Shown here: piece after piece, positions 36,931 to 51,000 of the stretch
How the letters are laid out: each line of letters starts with the position of its first letter
Position numbering within the stretch: the first letter of the stretch is position 1
NCBI RefSeq assembly: GCF_006345805.1
Contig: NC_042997.1
Span: 138,818,001 to 138,882,000 of the forward strand
DNA: 64,000 bases
Reading direction: 5' to 3'
Source: Octopus sinensis
Lineage: Eukaryota
Notes under the pieces: model-generated
Seen by the model: the letters and a program-made list of their open reading frames with translations, nothing else
Told to the model about the DNA's origin: nothing
The model's database searches: none
Position numbers and translations under genes: made by a program

Positions 36931-37328
36931 GTGTGTGTGTGTTCTATGTAGAGAGAGAAAGAGAGAGAGAGAGGAAGAGAGAGAGAGAAAGAGAGAGAAA
37001 GATACATACTACACAACATATCACAATATACACACATTAGTATACAGTACATTAATAATAAATGGGTATTCTCAGACACACGCATACACACACTTGAATG
37101 TATGTATGTATGTATGTATGTATGTATGTATGTATGTATGTATGTATGTATGTATGTATGTATACAAATATATGTATCTATCTATCTATATATATGTGTG
37201 TATATATAGGTAAATCAAAACTAAAAACAAAAAAGTCAAAAGGACGTACACAGTGAATGTATTAGCTTCACGCTCACTTTAAGATGGAAACACACACACT
37301 TATACATGAAAACAAATATATATATATA

Positions 37329-37417
<89 letters not shown>

Positions 37418-37639
37418 TAATATATATATATTATATATGTTATATATATATAATATATATATATAAACATATATATGCGTATATATATAATATTATATAC
37501 GTATATATCTATAAACATATATATATACATATATATGCATATATATATATAAACATATATATACATATATATTCATATACATTTATATATATACATATGT
37601 TTATATATATATATATATATATAAACATATATTATATAA

Positions 37640-37679
<40 letters not shown>

Positions 37680-37738
37680 TACATATATACATATATATAT
37701 ATTATATATATATATATTCATATATATACATATATATA

Positions 37739-37774
<36 letters not shown>

Positions 37775-37935
37775 GCACATAATATATATATTACATATAC
37801 ATATATACATATAGTTGTCTCTATTGCGTTTGTTTCATTATTTATATTTATATGTATATATATATATATTATATATATATTATATATATCTATATATATA
37901 TATAGATATATATATATATAATAAATATATACACA
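36765..37935. repeat. (TA)n, (GT)n, (GA)n, (TATG)n microsatellite complex
   Basis: Direct inspection. Confidence 0.92.
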
Positions 37936-38559
37936 TAAATATACCATAAAAATTTTCAACAGTTTAGCAATTCACATAAACTGTTGTCTAAGCAACTTGA
38001 TAAAGCATTGCAACTTGGTGAGTGATCAGCTCTTATCTTGGTAATAACAATAAAATGAAAGAAAAAAAAATGTTTGAAAATAAATATTGGCGAACACACA
38101 CATAAATAATACATAAACTGAACAACAATGGGTGTGAAATTAACAAGAAAATGGAGAACGGACATCTTTGAAAGATAAGCGACATTAATTTAGTTGGAAA
38201 TCATTTCAGAAAATAATTTTACCTAAAGTACTTAGCAACTGAATATTGTCTCGTCTTTCATTTTCCAATTCCGACCTTGTTCGCTTAGTGCATTTATTTC
38301 AGACTAAAAGCTGATGTGTATAAGGAATTACATATTCACTGACAGTTATTTTCGTATCTTTTACATTTCAAACAAGCAGGCGTAATTTTTTTTCTTCTGG
38401 TGAGATGCGCCAAGAGTGTGCAACACAAGAAGTAATATGTTTGAAAAACGGACAAAATATAATGAAATAACCGGGGTGGGATAAATCAAGAGTTTATAAG
38501 TTGATGTTAAAGCGACCTTTGCTCCTTCACTTACTGCTTAATCTTCTCCCCCACTTATA

Positions 38560-38728
38560 ATTGTCAAACTATCCCTCTCCTTTTGATTTCTGTCTCTCCC
38601 CTCTCTCTTCTTTTTCTTTGTTTCTCTTCCTCTATCATTAATATTCTCCTTCCCTCTCTTCTTAATCAACCTCTGTTTCTATACTATTTCCGTGTACTCT
38701 CCATCTCACTATAATTCACTATTACTCC

Positions 38729-38786
<58 letters not shown>

Positions 38787-39130
38787 ATCTTTCTATTCTC
38801 TCTCTATCTCTCTTTCTGTTTCCTTATAACTATCTCTGTTCCTCTATTCCCCCTCTTTCTTTAACCAATCTCTATTTCCGTGCTATTTCTGCCCCCACTC
38901 ACTTCATTTACCCTCTCTCTCTCTCCCTCTCTCTCCCTCCCCTCTGTCTCGCTCTCTGCGTGTCTGTATGTCTGTCTCTGTCCCTGTCTGTTTCCCCCCC
39001 TCTCTCTCTCTCTCACCCCCTGTTGCTCACTATAAACATGTTCTTCACTTTCCTTCTATCTCCACCCAGTTTTCTTTCGTTCTCACTACTTCTCACTTAT
39101 TCCCTCATCCCACTCTCGCTCTCATTCTGG
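38560..39130. repeat. Polypyrimidine (CT-rich) tract including (TTTC)n
   Basis: Direct inspection. Confidence 0.85.
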
Positions 39131-39441
39131 GTGTGTATTTTTGTGCCTGTGTGTGGCACGTGGTATATGTATGTGTGCGTGTGTATGCGCGCGTGTGTGT
39201 GTGTGTGTCCGTCCGTGGATTATCTTGCACGTCATGTTTTTTCCCAAAATATTTATGAAGAACGTATATTAAAGAAAACAGGAGACGGAAATGAATGAAG
39301 GAGATTTATAGTTTACTGAACACACATACACTATCATGCGCACGCGCGCGCGCGCACCACACACACATATACACATTTACACACTCTTTCGTACGTTGCG
39401 TATATATACACATACCTGTACATGTACTATATAATAAATAA

Positions 39442-39497
<56 letters not shown>

Positions 39498-39717
39498 CAT
39501 GTCTAGACAGATATCTGCATTGCGTTGCACGAAGAAAAGTACAGCCTCTTCATACACAACAGACAACCCCCCCCACAAACACACATGCACACAGACACAT
39601 AGACACACACACCATACACACATAGAGATTAAGTCATTTATGCGCATACAAATATGCTTGTAAAATACTACATTCATTATTATGTATATTATAATATATA
39701 TATATATAATAATATAT

Positions 39718-39815
<98 letters not shown>

Positions 39816-39817
39816 TG

Positions 39818-40056
39818 AAGTCGTATGGCTCAGTGCTCAGAGCTCGAGCTTACAATCATAATATAGTGAGTTCGATTCTCGGACTCGATTGTGTGTTGTG
39901 TTCTGAGCAAGACACTTCATTCTACGTTGCTCCAGTTCACTCAGGTGTAGAAATGAGTTGTGACGTCACTGGTACTAAGGTGTATCAGCCTTTCCTTTGG
40001 ATAACATCGCTAGTGTGGAGAGGGGCGGTGCAATCCCATGGTCACTCATGACCGAA
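39818..40056 (+). mobile_element. tRNA-derived SINE, family C
   Basis: A-box TGGCTCAGTGC, B-box GAGTTCGATTCTC, CORE-like CTGAGCAAGACACTT, TCCAGTTCACTCAGGTGTAGAAATGAG. Confidence 0.75.
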
Positions 40057-40067
40057 GTAAGTTTTTA

Positions 40068-40600
40068 TCCTCTATATATAGTATATATAGTATACATAAA
40101 TCACAGTATGTGTGTGTGTGTATATTGCCTAACGCATACATTGCACAATTCTCAATCAGTTTTCGCCAAACTTTACACACACATTACTGGTGTCCCAAGG
40201 ATGGTCATGCACTATAACATTTTGCCCAGAGCTCCCGCGTAAATGGAGAAACCGGAAAAAAACGGTGTTTACACAGATTTTTCTCTAATTCGTTGTATGT
40301 ATATAGGTTTGTATGTGGGGGTCTTCCATACTTTTTTTAGTCTATATGGTCGTATATTGGAATTAGAAAATATTTTTAGTGGTTTTCACATTTTTTTATT
40401 TATCATCTATTTTTATGTTGTAATTTTGTATTATTACTTGGTTAGAGAATATTATAAAAGTGAAAGGATTTTGTCTATTTATTTCGGCTCTCCACCTGCG
40501 ACGGTGTTTAAATTGACTAGGAATACTGTACGCAATGAATACCAATACCAAACCATTTTAATCTCCATATTTAAACTGTATTAAACGTTGGCAAGTTTAC
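40068..40600 (+). mobile_element. Possible Helitron/HINE-like repeat related to 8465-9020
   Basis: TCTATATATA start, (GT)n, CCAAACTTTACAC...ATTAC...GTCAT layout. Confidence 0.3.
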
Positions 40601-41294
40601 CTTTATCTATTCTGAGTTACTTGAAAGGTGATGTTCCCTTCTCTCCCTTCTATTTGTTGATACCTTTGTTTAACTACCGATGCGTTGTTTCACTTTAAGG
40701 ATACTTATTTACCCATCCATTATGATATATCGAACGTGAAATCTTTTCACTGCGAACTGCTAAAGGTTCAAAGCAGTATTCATGAACTGAAGTCAAACTC
40801 TTCATGTCTTCATTTTTTGTTACCTGAAGTCAATTTCAAAGTGGTATTACATTGCCATTTTGAAAGTGTCAATCATACGTCTCTCCGAAAAAATAGCTCC
40901 CTTTGCTATTGAATACAATAAACTAGCAGAGGGTAAGTTTCAACGTCTTCATTCAATTTCCTTACATCATTTATGTAGCTGTTTCTGACAAGAACTTTCA
41001 CTTTCATGTAAAACGACTATATTTTGTAGTCATTATCTGTAATCTACACCCAATATACTTCAGTAGCTCTACTTTGCATCGCTTGCAAACTTATATGTTC
41101 TATGATCATTAAAGTGCAACAACCTCTACTACAGCAGTAGATTTGGTTTTCTGTTCCTAGGTTAATCGGAAACATAGATTGCCGTGCTACTCATAAACCT
41201 TCTCGGTAGTTCAATTATTTCTAGACAACACGCAAAGAACATCCATCTGGCCAAGGCCTCGCACTTCATTTCATTGCTATTTAAAGGAGAACTG

Positions 41295-41830
41295 GAAGAG
41301 GTATTGAGACGATTGCTTTATACTTTGGAAAGATAGCATGGACAAACTCCTCGATTTCAAAATAATGCTCAACGATATCAATAGCAACATACAATTCACC
41401 ATGGAGCACAGCAATAAACAACTCCCTTTTCTTGACATCCTAACTTATATAGCCAATAACCACATCGAAACAGACATCTTCTATAAACCCACATATTGTA
41501 AATACTGAATATCATTCAAAACAATATCATTGAAAACAATATCATTGAAAACAATACCTATTATTCAACTCATGCCACCCAAACACATAAAAATTAATAT
41601 ACCTTATAATCTAGTGAAAAGAATCTGAACCATAGTTTCGGACATCTATAGTCGTGAACGAAGACTCCTTGAACTCACATCAATACTAATCAAAAGACAT
41701 TACCCAATATCATTAAAAAATGATGGCATTAAACGAGCAAATGAAACAGACATACGAATATTGAGGGAAGTCAACCGAAATATGTCTACCCTAATTACAC
41801 CAAATCTAGAACTACTTACCTCCTTTACAC
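41295..41830 (+). mobile_element. Penelope-like element RT C-terminal/thumb remnant
   Basis: RY*DDCFILW, NIQFTMEHSNKQLPFLDIL, ETDIFYKPT, YLLFNSCHP.H.KINIPYNLVKRI*TIVSD, RRL.EL...L.KR.YP. Confidence 0.88.
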
Positions 41831-42135
41831 ATAATCTTTTTACTCAGAGACTAATAGACCCGACACCGTTCGGTAATCGGTGCGCGTCCAAAGCCAGTGA
41901 ACACTAATTTTACGACACCGGTATGCCTTTGAATCCCTTTAACAATTCACAATAATGACTTTTATAACTTTCATTCCTACATCAGTTCATCTAATTGTAT
42001 ATATCTATCGTTACTTTTCATAAAAACCCTTTACTTGTTTTGATTTCCAATGTGCATTTTCGCTTATTTTCCTTCTTACTTTCCCCTTACATTTCCACGT
42101 GTAGTTTCTATTTTCGTTTTGTAACATATTTCTAT

Positions 42136-42212
<77 letters not shown>

Positions 42213-42235
42213 CATATATACCAAGATATAAATAT

Positions 42236-42465
42236 ATATGTGTGTGTATGTATGTATTTGTGCGTCTGTGTTTATTCCCCATCATCGCTTCACAACCGAT
42301 GTTGGTGTGTTTACGTCACCGTAACTTAGCGGTTTGGGAAAGGAGACCGATAGAATAAGTACTAGGCTTACAAAGAATAAGTCCTGGGGCCGATTTGTTC
42401 GACTAAAGGCGGTGCTCCAGCATGACCGCAGTCAAGTGACTAAAACACGTAAAAGAATAAAGACA
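42236..42465 (+). mobile_element. SINE family B, 3' half
   Basis: Conserved ACAACCGATGTTGGTGTGTTTACGTC...GGCGGTGCTCCAGCATG. Confidence 0.85.
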
Positions 42466-43174
42466 CGCAGGAAAATATTTTGGAGAAGAAATAACTAACG
42501 TTACATGAACTGTTGCTGATGTCCTTGAATTGAAACTGCAATCAATAGAGTTTACATACACTGTACTAAGCTCAGCGACGTATTTCGACGCCAGTACAAA
42601 GAGTAGAGTAATAGACTCAATGATATTCAGTATTTACAATATGTGTAATAACAGGTCGGGAAAATAAAATTAAATGGGAACATAAGTAAATTAAGACGGA
42701 GTAGACGGGCCAAACGAGGATTTGTCAACTGAATATAGCGTGAGGCAAATTCGAAGAAAAAAAAAGGAAGAGAAAAAGAAAGAAAGAAATCCAAGCCATT
42801 AATAGTGACTGGTCATACAATAAAGACAGTAAAATATGTATATTTATAGACAGACCTATATTTATATTCAAACGTATTCATTTACACAAATCACAATACG
42901 CATACATACTTCCCAAACGAATATAAGTACGCACACAAACACACTCATAAAGACGTGTATGTTCGTTTATGTATGCATATGTCTCTGTCTCTTTCATTAT
43001 ATGGTTTATGTCTAAAGTACTTTTTATTCCATCCTAGATTAGTCTTCATTCATTTCATCTAATCTAATTAGGAGTATGTCTGCGTGAATATATTATATAT
43101 ATATATATATATATAGACATATTGATATGTATACACATATGTCTGTGGGGATATATATATATATATGTAAGTAC

Positions 43175-43247
<73 letters not shown>

Positions 43248-43510
43248 CTACCAGGGATATATTATCCAGGCGGATACCATGTTTGCTCTCAGTATGGTTC
43301 TAGACACCGTCTAGCACAACATCTAACACAACGGTCCGTTTTCGATGAAACTGCGCTGACAATATTGCAAGGTTGCATTTGCAAACGGTCTACAGACGCT
43401 GCAGTAAAAATATGTATAGGTCATTGTAATATGCTGTAAATAACTGTTAAATAAATGATCGATGTGCAAATTTCCATTCTCCTTATCATTATTAATGAGA
43501 TATATATATG

Positions 43511-43568
43511 AACACAACATTTCAGTTGGTATAGCCTCCAGCCGTCATCAGGTGTCTTGGGGGAAATG

Positions 43569-43628
<60 letters not shown>

Positions 43629-43684
43629 TCGAAAAATAGCTTAGGAATGAGAACCCAGGTTCAAAATTTCCCTAAGACACCTGA
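43511..43684. mobile_element. Two H1 fragments in inverted orientation across (AAT)n
   Basis: Minus 43511-43567: GACAC-CTGATGA-C-GGCTG...CCAACT-GAAA-TGT-T-GTGTT (decayed). Plus 43626-43684 ends at GACACCTGAT. Confidence 0.8.
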
Positions 43685-44140
43685 TATATATAGATATATA
43701 TATATATGGTAAGTGAGTAGTAAGCAAATTATCAGCCGTACAAGCAAATTAATAAAATATAAAGATACGGCTGATAATTCGCTTGCCACTTGTGATGGTA
43801 TTTTAATAATACCATACCTATATTTGTTTATAAATAATTTTACACATTCCTGGTGACTTTAAACGAACTTTTGCAGGCATGATGGGGGAGAATATTAGTA
43901 GTAATTTAGCTGGCAGACTTTGGCTGATGAGAAATCAGGCACCTATTTGGCACTAAATTTCGAAACCGGTACCAAGTTGACCAGCATTTACTTGTTCTGA
44001 TCCAGTAGAGGTAAGACATTATTATTGTTCACTGATATTTTTCCTATCATGTCTGTAATAGATTTGTAACTATTCGGTGGTACAGAAGTAGGTTTTTACT
44101 CTAGCGATATGTACATATCTAATATTGCATGTATATATTT

Positions 44141-44175
<35 letters not shown>

Positions 44176-44184
44176 GATATGTAT

Positions 44185-45499
44185 AGCAAGGCGGGCAAAA
44201 TGCATTTCGTCCGCCTTTACGTACTGAGTTCAAATTTCGTCAGTGTTGACTTTGCCTTTCTTCCTTTCGGGGCGATAAGTACCAGTTGAACACTGTGGGC
44301 TTTATAACTGACTTAGCCCTCCCTCCCTCAAACCTGTTGGCTTTGTGCCAAAATTTGAAACCAAATATATCATAAATACATGTGTGCGTATGTGTATGCA
44401 TGTTACGTATACATGCATATGTGTGTTCTGTGTGTGTGTGAGACAGAGAGAGAGAGAGAGAGAAGAGAGAAAGAGAGAGAAAGAGAAAGAGAGAGTGTGT
44501 GGAGCAGTTTATATAAAAAATACTAGTTCTTATTATACGAAACTATGCTCAAAGCGTCAAGTCCTTATCATCTCAGTGTCTAACTTCTGCTACGTCCCTT
44601 CGCTAGTCTTTTTAAGGACGATGTTTTGCAAGAAATTTGGGTGTCATTTCTCTACACCTCATACATCACTGCATCTCTGCACACAGTGAGCGGACAGCCC
44701 ATCGAATAAGTAAATAATTCCTATCTCGACAATTGTCAAGAAATAGCAATATTGATGTCGTGTTTAGGACGTGCGTGTTGGCAGAATCGTTAAGCACGCT
44801 GCGCAAAATGCTTAGTAGCATTTGGTTCGTCATTACGTTCTGCCGAGGTTGACTTTGCCTTTCATCTTTTCGAGGTCGATAAAATAAGTACCAGTTGAGC
44901 ACTGGACTCAATATCATCGACCTAACTGCTCCCTAGAACTTGCTTGCCTTGCACCAAAAGTTGAAACCACTATTGATGTTGTGTTTATTAAATGAAACAA
45001 TAAAAAGTAAATCTGCATTCGAAAGGCTGCTCCAGGATGCATAACAAATTATGATAAACAACAGTAAGAGTAGTGAGTCTCACCACTATATAGAATGGTT
45101 ATTATGACGTTGCTCTCAACATAAATCTACAGCTGCAGGTCTGAAAATTAGAATTTTTATATTAAATGCCCAAAGTTATATTAAAAGTAAGCAATTTGGT
45201 CAAGAACTATATATTTGATTTTGCCTGTTTTTTGTTCTAGATATTGCACCATTGGATCATTTATTTTGGTAAATATACCTTTACGTTCGTTTTATATATT
45301 TGAATTGAAATGTACTTGGGCATAGAAATTTTAAATTTAAAAAATGTTCCAAACTTTTGGCCACGACTGTATTATGCTTCCAAAACAACATATCTTGCAC
45401 TGTGTATAACAGATAGGTCAGGTAACAAATTAATTGACAACCGACAAACAAAACAGATGTCTCAGATTCGTAATAATAATAATAATGATGATGATGATG

Positions 45500-45532
<33 letters not shown>

Positions 45533-45675
45533 GTAATAATAATAACCTTTTCTACTATATGCACAAAGCCTGAAATTTGGGGGAGGGGCCTTGTCAATTA
45601 CATCGATCCCAGCAGTTAAATGGTACTTATTTCATCGACCCCGAAGGGATGAAAGGCAAAGTCTACATCGGCGGA
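44185..45675. mobile_element. Three SINE A copies (44185-44365 +, 44770-44975 +, 45560-45675 -)
   Basis: Conserved SINE A core in each. Confidence 0.75.
45345..45371. mobile_element. Single Tc1-like terminal inverted repeat
   Basis: CCAAACTTTTGGCCACGACTG followed by TA (reverse complement TA-CAGTCGTGGCCAAAAGTTTGG). No partner TIR found. Confidence 0.5.
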
Positions 45676-45678
45676 ATA

Positions 45679-45733
<55 letters not shown>

Positions 45734-45816
45734 TGCTTCAAATCTTGGCATAAGGCCAATAGTTTTAAGAGGTGGGAAGTAGTCGATACCATCGAACACT
45801 ACTTGACAGAGGGATG

Positions 45817-46358
45817 AATGCCCTGATGCAGTACCAGGCAGTGGCTCTCATGGCTTCTGATCTTAACTGACTGCAGTTGTTATCATGTACATTGTTTTGT
45901 CTTGGTATAAAAGATTGGCTACAGCAAATATTCTGCTCAATACCACAGATTTGCTTGTCAGTTGTTTGACCTTAACCAGTTGAGCATGTCCCTTAGTGGC
46001 TAGCGATATGTGTATCTCTGATTACGAGCAGAAGTATTTGGGGAGCATCATAGCCATGTGTTGAGAGGGATTCTTTGGGATTTGAATAATTCACCTTTGG
46101 AAACATGGGTGTTTCATTCAACATCCTCAAACAACCCTTATTCAGGGACCTTTTGAGCGGGATGGGCTCAAATTCTAACTGGGCCCACCTGCAAGGTCAT
46201 GTGCTGTTTATCTTGATATGAGATCACCATGTCGCGCACATATGGTTGTGATGCATGTGCCTAGTGTACCCATATCAGACGGGTAGTTATGATGGGTATA
46301 CTGGGCTCGTATATTTTACCCTAATGTCACTTTGATGGCATGCACTGTTCTCCCACTC
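45817..46358 (+). mobile_element. ~545-bp non-coding interspersed element, near complete
   Basis: AATGCCCTGATGCAGTACCAGG ... GCATGCACTG.TCTC.CACTC followed by (AAT)n. Confidence 0.9.
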
Positions 46359-46379
46359 AATAATAACAATAATAATAAC

Positions 46380-46456
<77 letters not shown>

Positions 46457-46620
46457 GAATAGAGCGCCAGCCTTGACAGCGGCTGGACGTGTTCCTCACT
46501 GCTCTGACAGTTCGGTGGCCGGAAGCCATAGAAACACTAATATGGGCCAGTTTAGCAACGGGGTAAAATAACTCTCAAAGACTGGAACATCTACAATACC
46601 TCGTGAGTATTTGAAATTCT

Positions 46621-47527
46621 CTTCAAAGTGGGTTAAGAAATTTACAAATTTACATATCTGCAGCTTTCAAACATACATCCGATCGGCTTTAAAAACTTTA
46701 ATACCCACAACTGCCTCTGTAAGCACCCTTTTTTTTTTACCCCTTTTTTTTTCTTCTCTCTAAAAACATCATGCTTTTCTTTTTGTGGACTTGCAAAACC
46801 CTAAAACTTTCTATGAAAATCTGACTTTTCTTTGCTTCCTCCCAGAATACTCAAATATAAATGTAAACATATACTTTTATTGCAAAAACACACCTGTTCT
46901 TCTAACTGGACATACAACATCTCTAGAGGGGTCAACTTCAACCTCCACAATATTACCTTGCACGAAATATACAAACACTTTTTATTGCAATAACACAAAC
47001 GCACATGGAAAAAATAATGATGCTAAGATTCTCTCTGGTCGAACACAGCTTCTCTATTCACAAATAATACAGAACAGCTTCAAAATAAGTTAAGAAATTT
47101 ACAAATTTACATATCTACAGTTTTCAATCATACATTCGACCAGCTTTAAAAACTTTGATACCCACAATTGCCTCTGTAAACATCCTTTTTTTTCTTCTCT
47201 CTAAAAACATCACGCTTTTCTTTTTGTGGACTTACAAAACCCTAAAACTTTCTATGAAAATATGACTTTTCTTTGCTTCCTCCCTGAATATTCAAATATA
47301 AATGTAAACATATACTTTTTTATTCTAAAAACACACCTGTTCTTCTAACTGGACATACAAACATCTCTAGAGGGGTCAACTTCAACCTCCACAATATTAC
47401 CTTACACGAAATATACAAACACTTTTTATTGCAATAACACAAACGCACATGAAAAAAAAAATGATGATGCTAAGATTCTCTCTGGTCGAACACAACTTCT
47501 CTATTCACAAACAATACAGAACAGCCC
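46621..47527. repeat. Direct tandem duplication, period 457 bp
   Basis: GTTAAGAAATTTACAAATTTACATATCT starts at 46632 and 47089. The copies are similar throughout, ~90% by eye. Confidence 0.92.
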
Positions 47528-48034
47528 TTCCTTAATTTTTCTTAAGCCTAATAGTAGTAAACATCTGAACTTTTTTTGACCGATAGGACCCCACCTAAAA
47601 AAAAAATTTTAAATAAAAAAAAATTAAAAAATATCACTGATGGTGATGGTGGTGATGATGATAATAATGATAGTAATAGTGCTGATAATCTATCTATCTA
47701 TCTACACACACACACACACTCAAAGAGTTCAACCAACACAAAACCTCACCTCGGCTCTATTGTTAACCAAATATGAAAGTATTATTTGACAGGCAAGAAC
47801 TCTGGCATTGAAGACAGTCAGCCAGCCAACCACCAAGCCAGCCAACGAGACAGACAGACACTACTGTGATGGTGATGATGATAAAAAATAACAATAATAA
47901 GATACTGCTGTGACTACACATAAAACAATATCATTGATGATGATGTTGGTGATGGTGATGATGATAATGATGATGGTAATGGTGGTGATAATGATGATAG
48001 TGATAATAATGGTAATGATAATAACAATAATAAG

Positions 48035-51000
48035 CCGACTACGGCTGCTATAATGGTACGATTATAATTGTAACGGCAATGATGGCCGTCTCCCCACGAG
48101 CCAATCAAAGCTAAAAAATGATAACATTATCGTAGCACCAAAATGTTTTTGGAAACTAAAAGGAAAACTAAATCAGTATACCAAATCGCTTGTCCTATGG
48201 TTAATCTGGAAGCGCGTCCCCAGGAAGAGCAGCAGCCTGGGATCGAAAAGTCATCAACTGGCACAAACTCTTCTCCGAATACGGACATGGATGGTCACTT
48301 GAACGGGAAATCCCCCAACTCGAGCCCTCCAAGTTCACCACCACAACCACCACAGAAAGAAAAATGTAAGCGGAACAAATGGACCCGAGAAGAGTATAAA
48401 GAAGTAATATACGCTTATTACTATGCATTAGGTAGGCCATCTCAAGAGAGACACACCGAAAACTCTTACAGTATATGGAGAACACGGAATCAAGACAGTA
48501 GGCCCTATTTGGACGAGAACAAATTAGCAAATGTAAGGAGGGATATCCTTAGAAATAACAGACTCACAGACAGTGAAATAAGCGCGATCAAGCACGCAAC
48601 GGAAAATGACATAAATATAAGACACAAAGGAAATGAAGAATCAGATGAACAGTATTGCCCGCCACGAGGCTTAATTTAAAGACTGCCATCTGACCAAAGT
48701 ACGCAAAGGCCTGAAGATACAAGAAATTCTATTGTACCTGTTAAAGATAGCCAGGAAAACGAAAAAACAACAGTAACTGAAGATCTCGCATTTGCTGAAG
48801 AACACAGAGAGTCTAAGGCAGAAATGAGGCAGAAAATCCTGAATACGCTTGAAGTTGTAAGACATACAAGTATGAATGATAGAGAACCACTTCATAAACT
48901 CTCAAATACAAACCAAAATAAAAAACAAATCCAAATTGGCAACTATGTAACAAATGAAATAATGCGAGAATTAAAACCTGATTTTACTGAGTTAAATGAA
49001 ATTATTTACGCTTCTCCTAGGGCAATTGAAACCAGCTGTATGCCCCCGAAAAAAACAAAGAAAACAAAACCTGGGAAGAAATCAAACCTGGAGAAGTAAA
49101 ATTGAAAAAGAGATTGAATTTATGAGAGGGGAAATATCAATATTAAATGAACTAATATGTGGAAATGATGTAAGATCCAGAACAGGAAGAAAGATGAAGA
49201 GAAAATTTGGATCCTCACCAAGAGAAGAACTGATATCAATAAAAGAAACGCTGAAACAAAAAGTCCAAGCAAAAGCCCAAAGAATACGAAGATTTGAGAA
49301 GAGAAACAAGTTTTACAAGCAAAATAAGCTGTTCACATCCAATGCCAAAAAATTCTACAGAGAAATAGGGAAGGAGAAAGTAACCGTTAAAGACCCCCCT
49401 CCCATGGAAGAAGTTCAAAACTTTTGGAAAAGGTTTTGGAGTGACAAGAAGACGTACAACATAAATGCAGACTGGATTTGAAGGATCCTACCAAAATTTA
49501 CAACAACAAGCATGGGAAGACATCACAATAGCAGGCCTAAGAAAGGCACTCACGAAGGCCCATAATTGGAAATCCCCCGGTAAAGATAGGGTGCCGAATT
49601 TCTGGCTCGCATCGCTCCCATGCGCACACGGTAAGCTAGTTCAGCTGCTCAATGGAATTATGAGACCCAAAGAAAACACCTGAATGGTTAGCAAGTGGCA
49701 TTACTTACCTACTCCCAAAGAATAACGAAACCAACCTTCCAAAAAACTATCGGCCTATAACCTGTCTATCCACCACGTATAAAATCCTAACATCTATCCT
49801 GGCGGAGAAAACATGTGCATTCATGGAGAAGAACGATATTTTCCCCATTGAACAAAAAGGGTGCCGCCGAGGCTCTTACGGATGCAAAGATCAACTGCTA
49901 ATCAATCGTATGATCCTTGAGAACTGTCACAACAAGCGCAGAAATCTCAGCACCGCATGGATTGACTATAAAAAGGCCTTCTACAGTATACCGCATCCAT
50001 GGATCTTGAGATCGCTGGACATCTTCAAAATTTCCCCTGTGATTTCAAACTTCCTGAAGCACAATATGTCGTTGTGGAATACGAATCTCCAATTATACCA
50101 CTCTAATGGAGTACTTGCCTCAGAAAATATAAACATCAACTGTGGAATTTTTCAAGGTGAGTCACTTTCACCTTTAATATTCTGCATAGCCCTAATACCC
50201 CTTACAAGTGAATTAAACAGAACAGGGTATGGGTATAAAATTGCCAATAAAAAAATAAGCCATCTATTTTATATGGATGACTTAAAACTTTATGGTAAAG
50301 ACAATAATGAACTTGAAGGCCTATTGCGCACCGTGAGAGCATTCAGCGATGACATCGGGATGGAGTTTGGACTTGGAAGTGTGCCAAGGCCACTTTCCAG
50401 AAAGGGAAAGTGAAGACCACAAATTCAGTCGTGTTAGATGTTGACACAGTCATAAGAGAGCTTGAGCAAGAACAAACATACAAATATTTAGGGATAAATG
50501 AAGGCTCTGGTATTCAGCATGCAAGCATGAAAGAGAAAATCAGGAAGGAATGTTATAGGAGAGTTCGTGCAGTCCTGAAATCTGAACTAAATGCACGTAA
50601 CAAGGTGTTAGCTATAAATTCCTTAGCAGTTCCAGTTGTTACTTATAGCTACAATGTGTTGAACTGGAATATGAGTGAAGTAAAGAATATAGATAGGAAA
50701 ATACGCAAGCTGCTGAGTTGTAATAGGATGCACCACCCAAAGGCAGACGTAGATCGCCTTTACCTTCCCAGAGCCCAAGGAGGTCGAGGCCTGATCCAAT
50801 TTGAACTAGCTTACAAAACAACCACAATTGGACTGGCCAAATATCTCGAAATATCGAATGACTGGATGCTAAAGCTCGTGGAAAATCACGAGAGACGAAA
50901 GAAGCTTCATTCTATTATAAAGGAAAGCAAAAAATTGCTATTGATCTCGTGCAGGGAACAACCCGAGGGAAGTACGGCAACTATTGTTGCAAAGAAGGTG

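Noticed and set aside
40791-40938. Open frame ending at a strong GGTAAGT donor
   Set aside because: Weak acceptor and no recognisable protein similarity; the opposite-strand exon candidate has stops in all frames.
48035-48110. HDV-like ribozyme at the Dong 5' end
   Set aside because: Only a CGT-CTCCCC-ACG hairpin and a 4-bp P1 candidate; P1.1, P4 and P2 could not be assigned.
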